Source: Anthoceros angustus
Taxonomy: Eukaryota; Plantae; Anthocerotophyta
NCBI GenBank assembly: GCA_010909165.1
Contig: VJWM01000255.1
Location: 124,001 to 188,000 of the forward strand
Length of the DNA stretch: 64,000 nt
Reading direction: 5' to 3'
Part shown: in pieces, positions 14,308 to 27,803 of the stretch
How the letters are laid out: each line of letters starts with the position of its first letter
How positions within the stretch are numbered: the stretch's first letter is position 1
Position numbers and translations under genes: made by a program
Notes under the pieces: generated by a model
Seen by the model: the letters and a program-made list of their open reading frames with translations, nothing else
Database searches by the model: none
What the model was told of the DNA's origin: nothing

Positions 14308-17060
14308 CCCGTCGCCTAAGGCTAACGCAAACTTAATGAGCCCTGCCATTCGTACCGCCCGTGTGCCCACGCACCCCGATGCAAAGCCGAGAGGCATGAG
14401 GCCGGCATGCCTCTCTTTCTTTCCGGCGTCTCCCTTTCCGGCAACGGGCGTCCGTCGTCGCTCCTCTCAACGGCTCCCTCCACCCTCCTACGAACGGCTC
14501 CCGTCCGCGCTCCTCTCAACGCCGTCCTCCCGCACATGCTCACCTGTCTCTGGTCTCAACATGTTCACCACACACTCGATCACGAACTCCCATTGTCTGT
14601 CCATTTTGAACACGCTGTAATAGATTATACACACGGCTTTCAATTATGAAGACACTTGATTCACAACAAGTGCTATGACTTGGCTTCTCTACCTCTAGCT
14701 TGTGTTACAAAAGGCTTCTCCTTTGATGGAGGAGGCCTAGACCATACATTACCGACATCCTGAAGGGCTTGGGCCGTTTTCTTGTGTTGGTTTCTTCCAT
14801 GCAAATTCCCAAAATGCTCGCTTCCTCTTTGTAGAAGTATCCCCTCCCACATCTTTGACCATATGTGGGGTGATGGCCAAGCCCTCCTCCACAGCTGTAG
14901 CCTCTATGCCCTCTAATGTCCGCATAAAACCTACTACAAGTCCTTGAGCATGGTCCACGAGATGAGGATGCCGCTCAACTAGGCTTTGTAAGTTCTTGAG
15001 ACTACATCTAAACTGAGCCAAAGCTCGCTCTCGACCGACATTCAAGTTCATATCCTCAGCAACGTCCTGAATGGTTTCACCTCGTACGAAATTAGCTACC
15101 TCAACTTGCTCTTCGTATCCCGCTGGTTGTAGAAGCTGAAGCGTTTCAGTGTCTTGTGAGAACTGCTCGCGAGGCTTATGGTGCATAAGCTCCTGCACCA
15201 AAGAAAGTGTGGGCACGAGCTTGTGGAGTAGCATCAACACCTTAACTTGGTGCTTACAAGTGTGCCCTTGTGCAGCCCAAGGGCATGAGCACGTTGCCCA
15301 ACTTAGTCAACATTGGAGACCACATATGCCATACCCTCATTGTTCTTGCTGCAAGGACATAAGCATTCATCGCTGCGGTTGGGAGAATCACATGTATCCA
15401 CTATTTTGGCAGCCTTAGCCACGGCATGTTCTACCATACGTTCAAGCTTGCTATTTCGAACGAAGCCATGCTCCTTACATTGTTGATACCAGTGCACGTC
15501 TACCTCATCTACTAAAATATGCAAAAGCCAATCAACACGCCTACCTCGTGGCTTGGTGAGCAGCTCTCACCTTCAAATGAAGATGGTATGCTTCAATCGA
15601 GCTATTACAGTCTTGCCTCGTGGGGCCTTGTCCGTCTGACTTTGAGCCACATGTGTATGATGTTGCCCCACCGGTGCTTGAAGTACTTGATGAAAATTGG
15701 AAAGAGTGGCTCATATTGGACATACTGGATCTACCAATTTGAGCTTTGCTTCCTCTGAAAATGTGTGGTGACCCTCGAGGTACATAATGTCACCCAACTT
15801 TTGCATGATGTACGCCCTTGCCTGCCCATTCTTCACTTTCTGCAATAAGTTTCGTAACCATGCACGCCTTACGTGCCAAAGGCATAAGAATACCAACATG
15901 CCATCCCCAAAAGCGTATTTGATGGCATTGATCTCCGCTTAGCGGTCATCTACTAAAAGCAGCGTTGGGCTTCCAAGTTGGAGTCTGCGGTGTTGCCGTG
16001 CCATAACACTTGTAACCATTTGGACATTCCATTGCATCAACCTCCTTGCACAACACCCAAGCCACTGGAATCCCGTTCATGAAGTTATCGAACACCAACA
16101 AACTGACCAGCTGGAAATGCCACTTATCCAATCCAAAGGTGCCTAGCCGTGCAGGATGGGATAGGGGACCTGGCATGAGTTCTCCATGACAGAATTCACC
16201 TGTGGCATCCGTGTGAAAACAATGCTGCAACCTCTATTCCACTATATCAGGCCACTTAAGTAACCGGGTCACAACAAATTGGAAGAGGCATCCACGTTTC
16301 TTACTCATCGTTGGGCGTCGCCTGTCTTGGGCCTCACATTTGGAGCAAGGAAAGAAGCCGTCATAGCGGCCTCCCACGGTCATCGCCCATCGACAATGGT
16401 AGATTGTCACCTCGCTTCCTTGTGTGTCTTTGACATCTTTGGTTCCGCGGTCTTCACCCAATGACGCAGCTTGATGAAGCGGTGGGAAAGCAAGCATTTG
16501 CTTTCTCACCGCAATAAAATCACCACACGGCCGCAGGAATGTAGCGCTTCACATTCATGTGCATTTTCATCTTCCCTTGATGATTGCCCCACGACCCATG
16601 ACAAATGCTCCTTGAAAATGCGGGTTCCGGTGTCGCATGAGTGTGAGGCAAATGTTCCATTTTGCGATATCACGATATTGGAGAGGCTGCTGCCGCTTCC
16701 TCGATCGTGCCGTCCACTTCCCTCCACGAACCAAGCTTCCTCCGAATCGAACCGCATTAGAAGTGGGTTATACTTGAAACGTTCGTTTTGGCGCGCATTA
16801 GGAACGAGAACAGGGAATGGGTGAACAAGTTGAGACCAACGGGTGAGCAGGTGCGAGAGGACGGCGTTGAGAGGAGGCGGGCGAGCCGTTCGAGAGGAGG
16901 TGGAGGAAGCCGTTGAGAGGAGCGACGACGACGCCGTTCTTTGAAAGAGCCGGAAAGAAAGAGGCATGCCGGCCTCATGCCTCTCGGCTTTGCATCGAGT
17001 GCGTGGGCACTGCAGGCGAATGCGTGGCTCATTAAGTTTGCGTTAGCCTTAGGCGACGGG
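14308..17060 (-). mobile_element. Mutator-like DNA transposon (MULE), full length, transposase inactivated
   Basis: ~250-bp imperfect TIRs starting CCCGTCGCCTAAGGCTAACGCAAACTTAATGAG. 9-bp TSD CAATTGCTA at 14299-14307 and 17061-17069. Minus-strand MULE motifs (LLVFDNFMNGIPVAW, LCLWHVRRAW) and a SWIM-like C/H finger, with many stops and frameshifts. Confidence 0.93.
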
Positions 17061-17099
17061 CAATTGCTAGGTCATGTGCAGCACAAGGCGTTTTACGAA

Positions 17100-17760
17100 C
17101 TCCTCGGCAATGTCAAGAGAAGCGGACTCACGCACAATACCTGTGGAGAGGTGTAGGACAAGACTATTTAATCGTCTTCCTGCACCTGCATCCGCATACA
17201 GCGAACTATTACGTAGGATTCTCGTGTTTGTTGCATTACCAGGCCATCCCGTCACTATGTCCAAGAATGTTTTATTTGGTCCTACTGCGGCCTGCATAGT
17301 CATAGTGTAGATACCATATCTCCCGTAGTAGTCAGTGCTGGGCCATGTCCAGGTAGTTCGATCGTAAAATGTGTCCTATCTTTAGCCCCACAGCAGTTTT
17401 GGAACCCTTGTTGCAATTTGAAACCAAGCTTGATTTCCTCGAAACTGGTGGGTGAAGGCCATTGTAGGTGGTGTTCCCTCGTTGCAAAACCGAGGCCACA
17501 AAACGGCGGCAGACATCGAATACCGTAGTGGTGCCTACACCGAACAATTCTCCAAGGCTCAAGTAGGAATCCCCTGTTGCTCATCGCCTCAGAGCAATCA
17601 TGACTTGCTTCTCAACAGGTAGCATACGGCCTGGAATTTGGCTAAATCCTGGCAGCATCCTCCCTTGCAATGTGAGAATTGTAGAGTAAGAAAATGCCTT
17701 CAGCTCGAGGTTTGATATAAAATTCACCATACTGAATACCATTCAGCAGTCGGGACGTGA
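17100..17760 (-). mobile_element. PIF/Harbinger (HARBI1-type DDE) transposase relic
   Basis: PVEKQVMIALRR*ATGDSY, LGELFGVGTTTV, LQWPS, GFQNCCGAKDRTH, MQAAVG...FLDIVTGWPG...RILRNSSLY. Frameshifted and truncated. Confidence 0.85.
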
Positions 17761-18862
17761 AGCCTACCAAATCAGGAAGAAGGGTTTGCAATGCTGAGAT
17801 CTACAATACCACAGACTATACTACCATGTCCAATGTACGACCATGTCCAATTCCTCTTGGGAGTGTTCAAGCACTTGAGATGATACGCCAGAAAATGACC
17901 TACGTAGTCAAGTGGCATTGGATTGGCTCGATGGATATCTGCAATGATAGCCGCCAGGGCTTCAAGCAGTGGCACCAATCTTTCATCGCGAAGTCCACAA
18001 CAAGAAGAGTTTTGGGGGAGAAGAGTTTGGGGGAGAGGGGGAGAGTCTGGGGACTGTGTACGAGGTCTGCCACAGAATAAGCCGGGGAGACTGCGTACTC
18101 AAGTGTCACCGAGCAACCTCCAGGTCCATGTTCCCGTGCTTTTTCTTGCGGGCACAGGCAAACGTGCCAGAACCGATAAGCTGGCTTTTTCTGGAACCAG
18201 AACCAGGCACATGCGAAATCGGTCTTAGATCGGTACGCCATACGCCAGCCAACAACAACAGCTAGCTGTATACTAGATCTGATAGGTAATTTCCATCGAG
18301 TAAGTCGGCGGCGACCTACCCTAAACACTGAACCCTAAAATTCTACTGCACGAGACCTTTTCCAGACAAAGACTAGAGAATAGCTCCAATACGATCGGTT
18401 CTAGCCAGGCAGACCATCATTCGTAGTAGGCTCCATTGATAACCCCATATTGCCAAACGTTTTCCAGAAAAGAGTCAAGAATGCACATATATTCTGACCA
18501 GTGACCACTAGCATGGCTAAGCTAGGAAACTTATAAGAAACCCACCCTGGGTTCCTAGCAATGTGATTTCAACGAATATTCTCGACAGCTGTTAAGCCCT
18601 GTACAAACCTTCAGGCTACTGCCAGCACGCATTAGTAGTAGTCGACAGCGACCTCCCTGTACACATTCACAAATTTGTTGAGTCCTTGCTTCCGCCTGAA
18701 GACTCAAAGGACAGTCACAGAACTGATTGTCCGACCCGCTCCAAAGTTATCTCATCTGTACACATGTAACAACTGTACAAAATACACAAGGAACCCTGCA
18801 CAGACCAATTTCACAGCAGCTCTTCCCGTCCAGTTCTGGTCACAAGCACACGGGATTTGTAA

Positions 18863-21446
18863 TCAAGAGTCCGGTGCACCAAAGAGCAGATTTGATACAG
18901 GAGGGGGTAACGGGAGCCAAGATGGATGCCGCGATCCCTTCTTGGAGGGCCTTTGCAGTTCCTGCAAGTCGACCTTCTGCTGCACCTTGAACTCATTGTG
19001 CGTGCCAATTGCCCCCTTGTCTTTGTTATCCTCCACACGAGGAAGAACAAATTTGAAAACAACCAGCCCAACTCTAGCAGCAACCAGAAAACCCAGAACA
19101 CCGACAATAGGACGCACAGCCCAGTGCATAGATTCTATGAATTCATACTTATTTGCCAAACCACTGATGTCATTCAGGCGTACAACCTCCACCTCCTCGG
19201 GGTCAGCCCACCAACCCTTCCTGTCCCACATTCGCCCGGGAAACCGAACAATCAAACCGCCATTTGGCAGAACATTGCACACTCTGCCGGTATCCCACTC
19301 CCCTTGTTTAACTGGCCAGTCAAATCGAGGCGACCGTACGCTGTTCTTAAGCCTGACTGCTTGCCCAATAGTAAACCCTGGCACTTTCTTGAAGTGTATG
19401 GCACTTCCAGTCCACAATGTCTCACGGCCAAAGAAAGAAACCTTCAACCTGCCATCATGTTCCACTTGGTGGACAACCCCCACCCGAGATGGGCTGTTCT
19501 GCCCGAGCGGAATCGTGCTGCTGTCCTGCTGATCCAAAGCAATATTGCCTACTTCAGGTGCCTCCGTTCCCTGCGCAGCAGAGTACCATCCACCACGCAA
19601 GCACACCCAGTCACCACTGGCCAATCCAAGAGAGACACGCTCCACTTCGGCCGGATCTGCTCGCCAGGCTTGACTGCCTGGAAAATTAACAAGAGTGGTA
19701 GCATCTTTGTCGCCTATCTCCACAATAAGACCTTCACTGGCAGGGGTCTCTCCTTGCCAACCAAACCGTGGGATCGGTATGTCCGGCTTCACTCTTACAA
19801 GATCCCCTACATGGAGAGGATTCTTCCAGAATGAGAGCTTGCCGCTCACACCGCACTCAACAGGCTGATCCGGCTTGTCGCAGAACTGTATGAGAAGTTT
19901 CTCCGAGTTAACAACACTCTTCACGACACCAATATTTTTGCACCTTCGCAGAGAGTCCCGGCCCACACAGACCCAATCTCCCGGTTTGAAAAGAGACTCC
20001 GGACTGCACAGAAGACTTGCAGATCAGCAGCATACAAGGCGCAAAGAAGTGAAAGGTGCAACTGGTTCCCAGCAGGAACGAAATTCAGGTGGAAGGAAAG
20101 ATGGACAGAAACACTAGCTTGGGGAGGGGGGACAGTACCATGAAAAAGCGCGGTATATCTCTTCAAAGGTTGGGCGAAGTCGGTAGTCGTATTCGAAGCA
20201 TCCCCTCAATATCTTCTCAACTGCAACTGGCAGTCCACTTGGGATTGAGGGTCTTTCATGCCTTACAACAACTGCATTGAAGATCTCCTCAACCGAGAGT
20301 TTATCCCAAGGCCTATACCCTGTTATCATCTCGACCATACTACTTGCAAAACCCCACGAATCTGTCTCGAACGAGATGGGGCCTCTAACCACAGCACCCC
20401 ACTGCTCGGGTGCCATGTAATTTGGTGTGCCCAGCCACACAGTTGGTTCCACGGCTGGTACCGAAGATCCTGGAAAAAGCAAAGGGGTTCCAAATTCCCC
20501 CACGACTGCAGATCCTTGATCATCGATCAGAAAGTTGCATGGCTTCAGGTTGAGTGCTAGCACTCCACGAGAATGAAGTTCAATCATCCCGCGGGCAATA
20601 TCAGCCCCATACCTGCAGAGATGGTGCAAATAATGAGCGCAGTTCGTAACAACTTGCAACGCTCAGTATCTTAACAATCTTTTCTCTTGCATAAACAGGA
20701 CTAGCACCCCTTCTTGAAGGGTGACTACGCATAACACTCGACACTGAATTTAGAGACACCCTGATCTCCACGAATGTGGTTCACAAGGTCCATGCCGAAT
20801 GTGACCTCCCTACCCTGTGAGATTTACCCGTCCATACTGAGTTTTACGTCGCTGCACTCGCATTTACCTCAAAACGTCAGGCACAGAAATTCGGTTTTCA
20901 GGATGCCGGGCCATCTTGTCTCCTAGTGACCCCTCATAAAACTTCAGCACAACGCAAGTCTGCGCATACGTTAGAAAACAGTTGGCATCGTGTTCCAACG
21001 CCCAGTGATTCCTCGCAACAGAAGCTTCGACAAGCAGACAAGGTTAGACGGAAGTTGGATTTAGAACCTACCTTACCATTCATTGTGGAAATACCTCGTG
21101 GCCAGCTCACGTCCTTTAGACCCTGGCAGGCCTTAAACAGAGCCTCAAACTTTCTCTGCAAAGTCCGTGTCTGATCTTGGGACATAGGAGGTAGCACCTT
21201 GACTGCCACCTCATGGAACTCGTCAAATTCAATAGTGGAGTTGTGAAGCGTGCAGAGCCACACATCACCAAACCCTCCCCGACCGATGCGGTGCATCATT
21301 TTGAGGTCGTCTGGGTCGATCTCCCAAGCAGGCTGAGGGGGACCCGCAGCAGCTCCGCCGCCTACGGCCCCAAAGTGCTCATAGTCTTCAACAATGAGCT
21401 CATCCTCCAAAGAGTTGCCAGAATTGTAGCTGGCATCGCCTCCCAT
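18863..21446 (-). CDS. KOC1: KEG-related kinase with HERC2-like repeats and C-terminal TM (KOC1-like)
   Basis: RIGRGGFGDVW, EVAVK, LNLKPCNFL, GTPNYMAPEQW, DSWGF. HERC2-like repeats (VGDLVRVK...PRFGW; SPRFDWP). C-terminal hydrophobic segment then WLPLPPPV. Confidence 0.85.
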
Positions 21447-23792
21447 GTGGAAGACTTCCTTCCGGTAACTGCGGCTACCCCACAAAGCCAGCTTGCCTGC
21501 CTGCAAACGCCAAACAAGCAAAAAACTAAGCACAAGGACACTCTAGCCCAGCTGATCGTGAAGTGGTGCCACTGCCACAATCCGACGTCACATCTCCATA
21601 ACCACACCCGTCGACATCACACCGGGCCAGACATCACCTTCCAAGAACGCAGCAAACCCTGTCCCGACCGCGACACCAGGTCGTACAACCTACCGCACCC
21701 CCGCAATCGAGAGACGCTACACTGCAATCGCTCCACGCTGCTGGCGGACGAACGAAAAACTCTACAGAAGCTTCAAATCTCTACCAGAACGATCGGCTCA
21801 CCAGCCTGTCACCGCTTGCTGCCGGCTGGCATCAGCATGGGACCGAGGAGTTCACGTCCTCAGGCCACTTCACTTCCAATTCCGCTCCGAGGACCCGAGA
21901 CCAATCGCACAAACTTCCCCGAGCGTCCGAATTAGCAACGACACAGACGCCACGAAACAGGCCACGACGCCAGATCCGGCCGCAAGATCACCAGCAACGA
22001 CAACAGCATCACCAATTTCGCAAAACCGTCCACGTTCAGTGAAGTAACTGCCCGCGACCAGTCCCGACCAAGACAACATATGCCTCCTTTCCCCGGGTTA
22101 AGTCCCTCCCTTTGCCGCAAGCCTCGGTTTCTCAGGACACAGCAAAGCACAAAGTGGACATCCCGGACTCCAAACCAGCAAAACAACGATGAATTACCTT
22201 CCTACTCCATCACATCAATACCACAACACTTCGAACAAATCCACACACACACACACTCACCATCACAACCACAACAAAACCACAACCACGGCTTGCTTGA
22301 CGGCGATCCCCACCGTTAAGTTCAGACTAATGAGATGCCGCTTCGGTGAAAACAACCGCGACTTGTACGGCATACCGTTGCGCTCCCCGCTCTGCAATCA
22401 CACAAGAGGTGTTAAACAAAAGACAAGTCTCCCCCCAGCGATCGATACAGCAGCAGGTGTAAATTAAACCAGCTCTTCAAGAAGCTCCAGCAAACACGCA
22501 ATTGCTCCCGCGCCAAAAAAAAACGGCAGACATCAAAGAAGCACGCTCGCCGGGGCTCGCGCAACACACAATTCACGACTGCAGTTCACCGAGGACAAGG
22601 CATGGGGCGCACCTCAAATCACAAGGCCACGGCGAGAGGAAGACGCGGGGGAGTAATGGCATGGCACGGACGGGGTTAAGAAGGGCGCGGGCAGCGCGGG
22701 CCCGGGCATGAGAGAGAAATTCTCGCGCCTGCCCAGCCCGCAGCTGAGTACACTCCCCAACATGGCGGCTATGTACTATGTACTGGAGCCCGGATACTAA
22801 TCTTCTGGCTTGGCCTTTGTTTACCCCGCCGCCACTTTATCGACGTGGTTATTGTGCACAGCCAGCGGGCAGCACGCAGCACGGTCCAGCGGGCATCTGG
22901 CAGCAGCTGAATCTCCACGTGGCCGCGAAACCGAGTTAACTAACCGGAGGAGGTGAGTTTAATGAACCGAAGTTGGCCGGACTGCAGTTGGGTCGTGAGC
23001 CCGTGCGTCACAGCGGGCCCGGCCAGTTTGCCGTGACGCATCTTCGATTGCTTTTCTCAAACATTCTGCCACCAGGCCCCCTCGTTGTTGGACGTTCCCC
23101 CTCGGTATGCGGAGGTGTTGATACCATACGTCTAGCCCCTCTTATATATAATACACGCGCAGTTTTCACGCTTGAAATCCATTCTCTTTACATGGCAGGC
23201 ATAAGATAACGAGCCCAAAGACTATATACAATACTACGCGGAAAACGAGAACCAGAGCTGCAGCATTTCCTGGGCGCAAGGCTTAGCCTTCTGAAAACCT
23301 ATTCACAGTTGTAGTTTGCTGTAACAGAGCTACCGCACGACTTCCCTTCCTTCCCTCTTGAACTCAACTTTCACGTGGCCCCCGTCAAAACGTAAAGCAA
23401 AGACGTCTGGAACAAGAGGCTTTCGGTGGAGTCGGGTGCGCTCTCCCCTCCCTCCTCTTGTGAAGCTGAAGCTTCGCCGTGACGATTATTGCTGGATGGC
23501 CACTCTCCTCCCTCCTCATGTGAAGCTGAAGCTGAAGCTTCGCCGTCACGCTCATAGCCGGAATCCCAGTTTTCTGCATCCAGACTTTAGACATTCAGTT
23601 GCAAGCTTGCAGGATCTGGCGCGGGAAATTCCCCCCCAGCCATATCAAACTCTAAGGTTCGGACTAGGCATTGTCCTGAACATCCTCAAGTCCTAAACAT
23701 GAATATGGAACCATGAATACTGAAAAACATGGAATACCTACCCAAAGATGGCCTGGAGCCTCAAGCTCCTAAAATGAAACAAGTGCATACAA

Positions 23793-24281
23793 TCAAACAG
23801 TACAGACGTCTGCAACCGACCAAGAGGCCTTGAGACACAGACCTGGATGATCAGGATCTGCATGCTCGTCGCGCTCCTCGTCGCGCTCATGCTCCTCCGA
23901 GCTTTGCTTTTCTGACGTTTCCAGCTTCTCCTGCCGCGATTGACGCTCCTGAAGCCAGATCAGGACATTAGCCTTGTGAACATGCGGCCCCTTGGAGCAC
24001 AAGGCGGCCGTGATCTCCTTCACTCTCTGGGGAGTGAGCGTGAAACCGTCTTGAAGCCAGAACACCCGCTCCAAGATCTCCTTCTGAGCGGCCGTGGGAG
24101 TCCAATTGACATCCGGTTGATGCATGGCGCGGAACATGTTCGCGAGCCTGCGAGAAATGACGTTGTAGACGAAGATCTGGTGCCGAAGCATCTCCACCTG
24201 CTCCCGCGTCATCGGGCAGGGCGGAGTCGGAGTCGCGCCCTGGACCGGTCCCGGTCCCGCCGCCTCTGAGCGGCCTGGCAC
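23793..24281 (-). CDS. Divergent WOX13-clade homeobox protein
   Basis: MTREQVEMLRHQIFVY matches the WOX13 N-terminal motif (MT.EQ..TLR.QI.VY). WOX-type homeodomain NWTPTAAQKEILERVF...TPQRVKEITAAL...NVLIWLQERQSR. True start uncertain (in-frame ATG at 24212). Confidence 0.8.
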   Translation of the reverse strand: MPGRSEAAGPGPVQGATPTPPCPMTREQVEMLRHQIFVYNVISRRLANMFRAMHQPDVNWTPTAAQKEILERVFWLQDGFTLTPQRVKEITAALCSKGPHVHKANVLIWLQERQSRQEKLETSEKQSSEEHERDEERDEHADPDHPGLCLKASWSVADVCTV

Positions 24282-25411
24282 CCGGCTTGGCAGGCCGCTA
24301 CCGGTAATATCCAGATCCGGAGAGAAGACAACGGCGAGGCTTAACCGACAAGGTTCTTAACACAAAGATCAACAAACAGAGGCAGCAACATGATCAGTCC
24401 ATCTGGAAGCAGCCATCACATGTGCAACACCTCCATCATATCAGAACTATCCTTTCCAGCGGCAGAGTATGCCGGCGGCCGCTCACAGATCACTGACAAC
24501 ACATCTCCGACCGCACTGATCGCCCGGAGCGAGATCCCGCGCTGCACAGAGATCCATGCGCGAGGACACAACGACGGAACTGCTGCGCGGACATGTCAGA
24601 TGCATGCAAGGAACAATGGTTTGTGTCGGTAACAATTTCACGAACACTATGTTACACTTTGAGGCTTCGCAATCAGGATGGGAAGCAACGCAGTTCAGAT
24701 CACCGGGGCGCCAATTGCACAACACCGTACGACTCCGCTCACAACTTGCACACCAGTAAAGCTTGCTCACTGCAATTTCAAACACCGCGAGATTGGAAAA
24801 TGAGGTGCACGCAACTTCAAGAGGCAGCTCGATCCCATGCAGACTTTTCAGCTCATGACACGAATCCACGTACAACAGCATACACTGACCAGGTCGCGGG
24901 CAGGACGGTGGAGTTCCAGGAAATCATGAACCTCCTACAAGCTTCAGGAGTCATGAATGCTGTGCCTGCGGGCGGCGACAGGCTGGCCTCTAGTTGCCTT
25001 GAGGTGCTGGAAACGGCGCTTCGGTGAATCTGCTGTTCTGTCCGCACAACTCGCCGGAGAAACCAGTTCCGGCTCGACACGCCCTCTTGCCGCACCCTCT
25101 TGTAGACCCAAATTGCAAACATCGTGGCGTCCGCTCGCTGAACTCAGCTACTTGACGATACGTTATCACGCATTTTCTGCGAGTGCATCTGAGGCTCCAA
25201 TGAGCATTGCACCAGTAGGTCTGAATAGGAGTTGGACTGTTGGACTCTCCAATTCCATCGAGGACACACCGTACGTACTCTGGGCAAATGGTACATGGCC
25301 TGATATTCTAGGGTATGCGCTTTTTCAACGTTTTCCAGACTGACATCATCTTCTCGAAATTCAGTATTGTCTGAGAGTCTCTGAGACGTGGCTGGCTAAG
25401 TCCTCGAGGTC

Positions 25412-27580
25412 ATGGATTTAGGAGAGCTCGTGGGCTATGCCGGGGCATTCCTGGACATGCTGCTGCTGGCGTCCGGGTTTCAGTCTAACGGAAACCCGGC
25501 CTTTTGGAGCGCAGAGCAAGTGAAGCGGGCTCTTGGCTGGGCTGTCTTTCTGGAGGATGTGAGTTGGCTGTGTGAGATTGCTTGGTTTTTCTGCTGCCCC
25601 GCTCCTGCTATTTGATGTTGCACTCAACGGGTGTGTTTTGCTTGGTTGTCACAAGTGTGATATCGTTGACGTGCTGTTGTGTTGTTGGTTGGGACCTGTT
25701 TTCAGGCGATGCACTCTCTTGAGGAGGACTGCAAGCCAGCTTTGGATGAAGCCCTCGCAGATATGATGGACAGGACCCCCCATCCTCCGGTACCTTGTCC
25801 GTCATGATTTCTTTTTTCTTGGTGGGGACGGGGTTTGGCTTTGTCTGTTCCTGGCGAGTCATGGACAGGTGGCCTGATTGCAGGGCCTCCCAAAGCTCTC
25901 TGTCGCTGTGCTGCTGGAGTCGAGGGTTCTGCTTTTGCGAGTGCTGCTGCACGCTATGGGGATTGAGAATGGACAAATTGCATCTGTGGTTGCAGCTGTG
26001 GTTGAACTTGAGGGAGCTCGGGCTCCGGATGTGGCTCCCCTCGGAAACCTGATTTCAGTTCCTGGAGAGTCCATGAGCAAAAAGGTAGCACCACAGGTGT
26101 CCGGAGAAATATGTATGTCGGAGAATCGGGCTGTGGAGGGAGGGGAGGGTAGCAATGCGCACAGTCTGAAGCAGGTAGCTGAGGAGAAAACAGTCAAGCT
26201 GGAAAGTAGGAAGCTTTGGAGTTGGGTACTGCATGAAACATCTGTCAGATGCTCGGCGGTGGCCCATGTGGACTCGCTTGTGAGAATAGTGGAAGCAGCT
26301 GGGGAGCTGGCCTTTCCAGATATAGAGATTCCTACACAAAGCTGCATATGGAGAGATGAGCCAGAGGGCGGCACAAGGTATTTCCCGCATAAGCAGGTTC
26401 ACACGTTTTGGAATGGGATGTCGTTTGTATTTGTCACATTCTCGACTACATCGTCGCAGGCAAATGGACACCTCTTCTGCAGGTCTTTGTCAGAGAAATG
26501 CTGCCAGGGATGCTGTAGGGTGGACTCAAAACGGGATATCATACCTCATGGGTGCCGAGACCATCTACAAGCTTTCAAGTTCCCTAATCATATTCAAGGG
26601 GACCAAGTCCCAGTGGACACCAGTCTTGGATGCACTCAGAAACTCAGATGTCCGCAGCAGCGGTGGCAACTTGGTGGAGATAGCTGTAAGGAATTCTGGC
26701 TTCGTTTGTCTGGCACCTTTCCCCGTGTTGGAGCGACATTGAGTTTCGACCGCAATGGAGCAGGAACTTTGCTGTATGTACATGGCGTCTCCAAGATGGA
26801 AAGACGTGTGCATCAAGCTCCTTGCCCCATCCACGCGGCGCTGTTCATCACCTTCAACCACATGCAAGACCCAATTGACAGAGTTCCATCCTCAACCCAT
26901 CCCCATTGAAAAGGTAGACATGCTTCCACGCAGGGTGCATAACCCTTAGAGTTCCCGTGCACTATAATGTTCACTGATGCTTTTATCGATGGGTGTCCTT
27001 GTAGCAGCGACAGGACATTGAAACCTACCTGTTGAAGATTGTACAACAGCAAACTGATATCTGGTTGAGCCTTTCTCCTGTACTCCTAGCAGCAGCTGTG
27101 ACAGTAAGGTGAGTCATCCACTATGCACTACGCGTCTCAAAAGACAAGTACCATCGGTGGCGCCATAAACAGTCCTTACGTAATGCAGCCTTACCTTGCT
27201 CAACATGTATGCTGAGGCCTTGTCTGCGCATGTAGATGAGGCAAAAGATACATCACCCAGGTCTGTCACATTGACAATACTTGTGTCGTGATATCCATGA
27301 CATCATCTGCAAACCCTCTCATGTCGTGCCACTGACAGGTGTACACTTCACGCCAGCGAGCACCCCCACAGCTGCACAGGTACTCCTCTCCGTCCGCACC
27401 CTTTCATACAGCATGCTCCCCCCGGATCGTTCCGTTACTTGTGTCCTCATCTCAGTCCTTGGCTTTCAATGAGCAGCTGCAGTGGCAGAAAGGATTTGGT
27501 GTCTTCAGATTTGCCGTGAAGCGAATGGAGCTGTCTATGACCAGAAGTTGCAAACACTGTGGAATGCTTTGGGTTTGTAA
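25412..27580 (+). CDS. FANCF: Fanconi anemia group F protein
   Basis: FLDMLLLASGFQS...WSAEQVKRALGWAVFLE, GLPKLS, GISYL...IFKGTKSQW, IWLSLSPVLLAAAV and AERIWCL match plant FANCF. About 9 exons splice in frame to TAA 27578-27580. Confidence 0.75.
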
Positions 27581-27803
27581 TGCTGTTTGTATGGAGGTGC
27601 CCTGAGAAATCGTCAGCGGAGGCTGAAGCAGACTGCGGATCTGTTATAGCAAACTCATTTATTTGTCACTGGGAAAGTTGGTCCAGGCCAACAAGGTTCT
27701 CCAGCAGTCGGAAGACACCGCTCCCACTCCCAGAAGTATGGCTGACCCAAGCAGGGGTCCAGTTAAACGCCAAGCCCCGGCCCTGACAGGGAAGGATAAT
27801 CTC

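Noticed and set aside
18318-18340. CCCTAAA repeats as telomere
   Set aside because: Only two separated units; at most telo-box-like.
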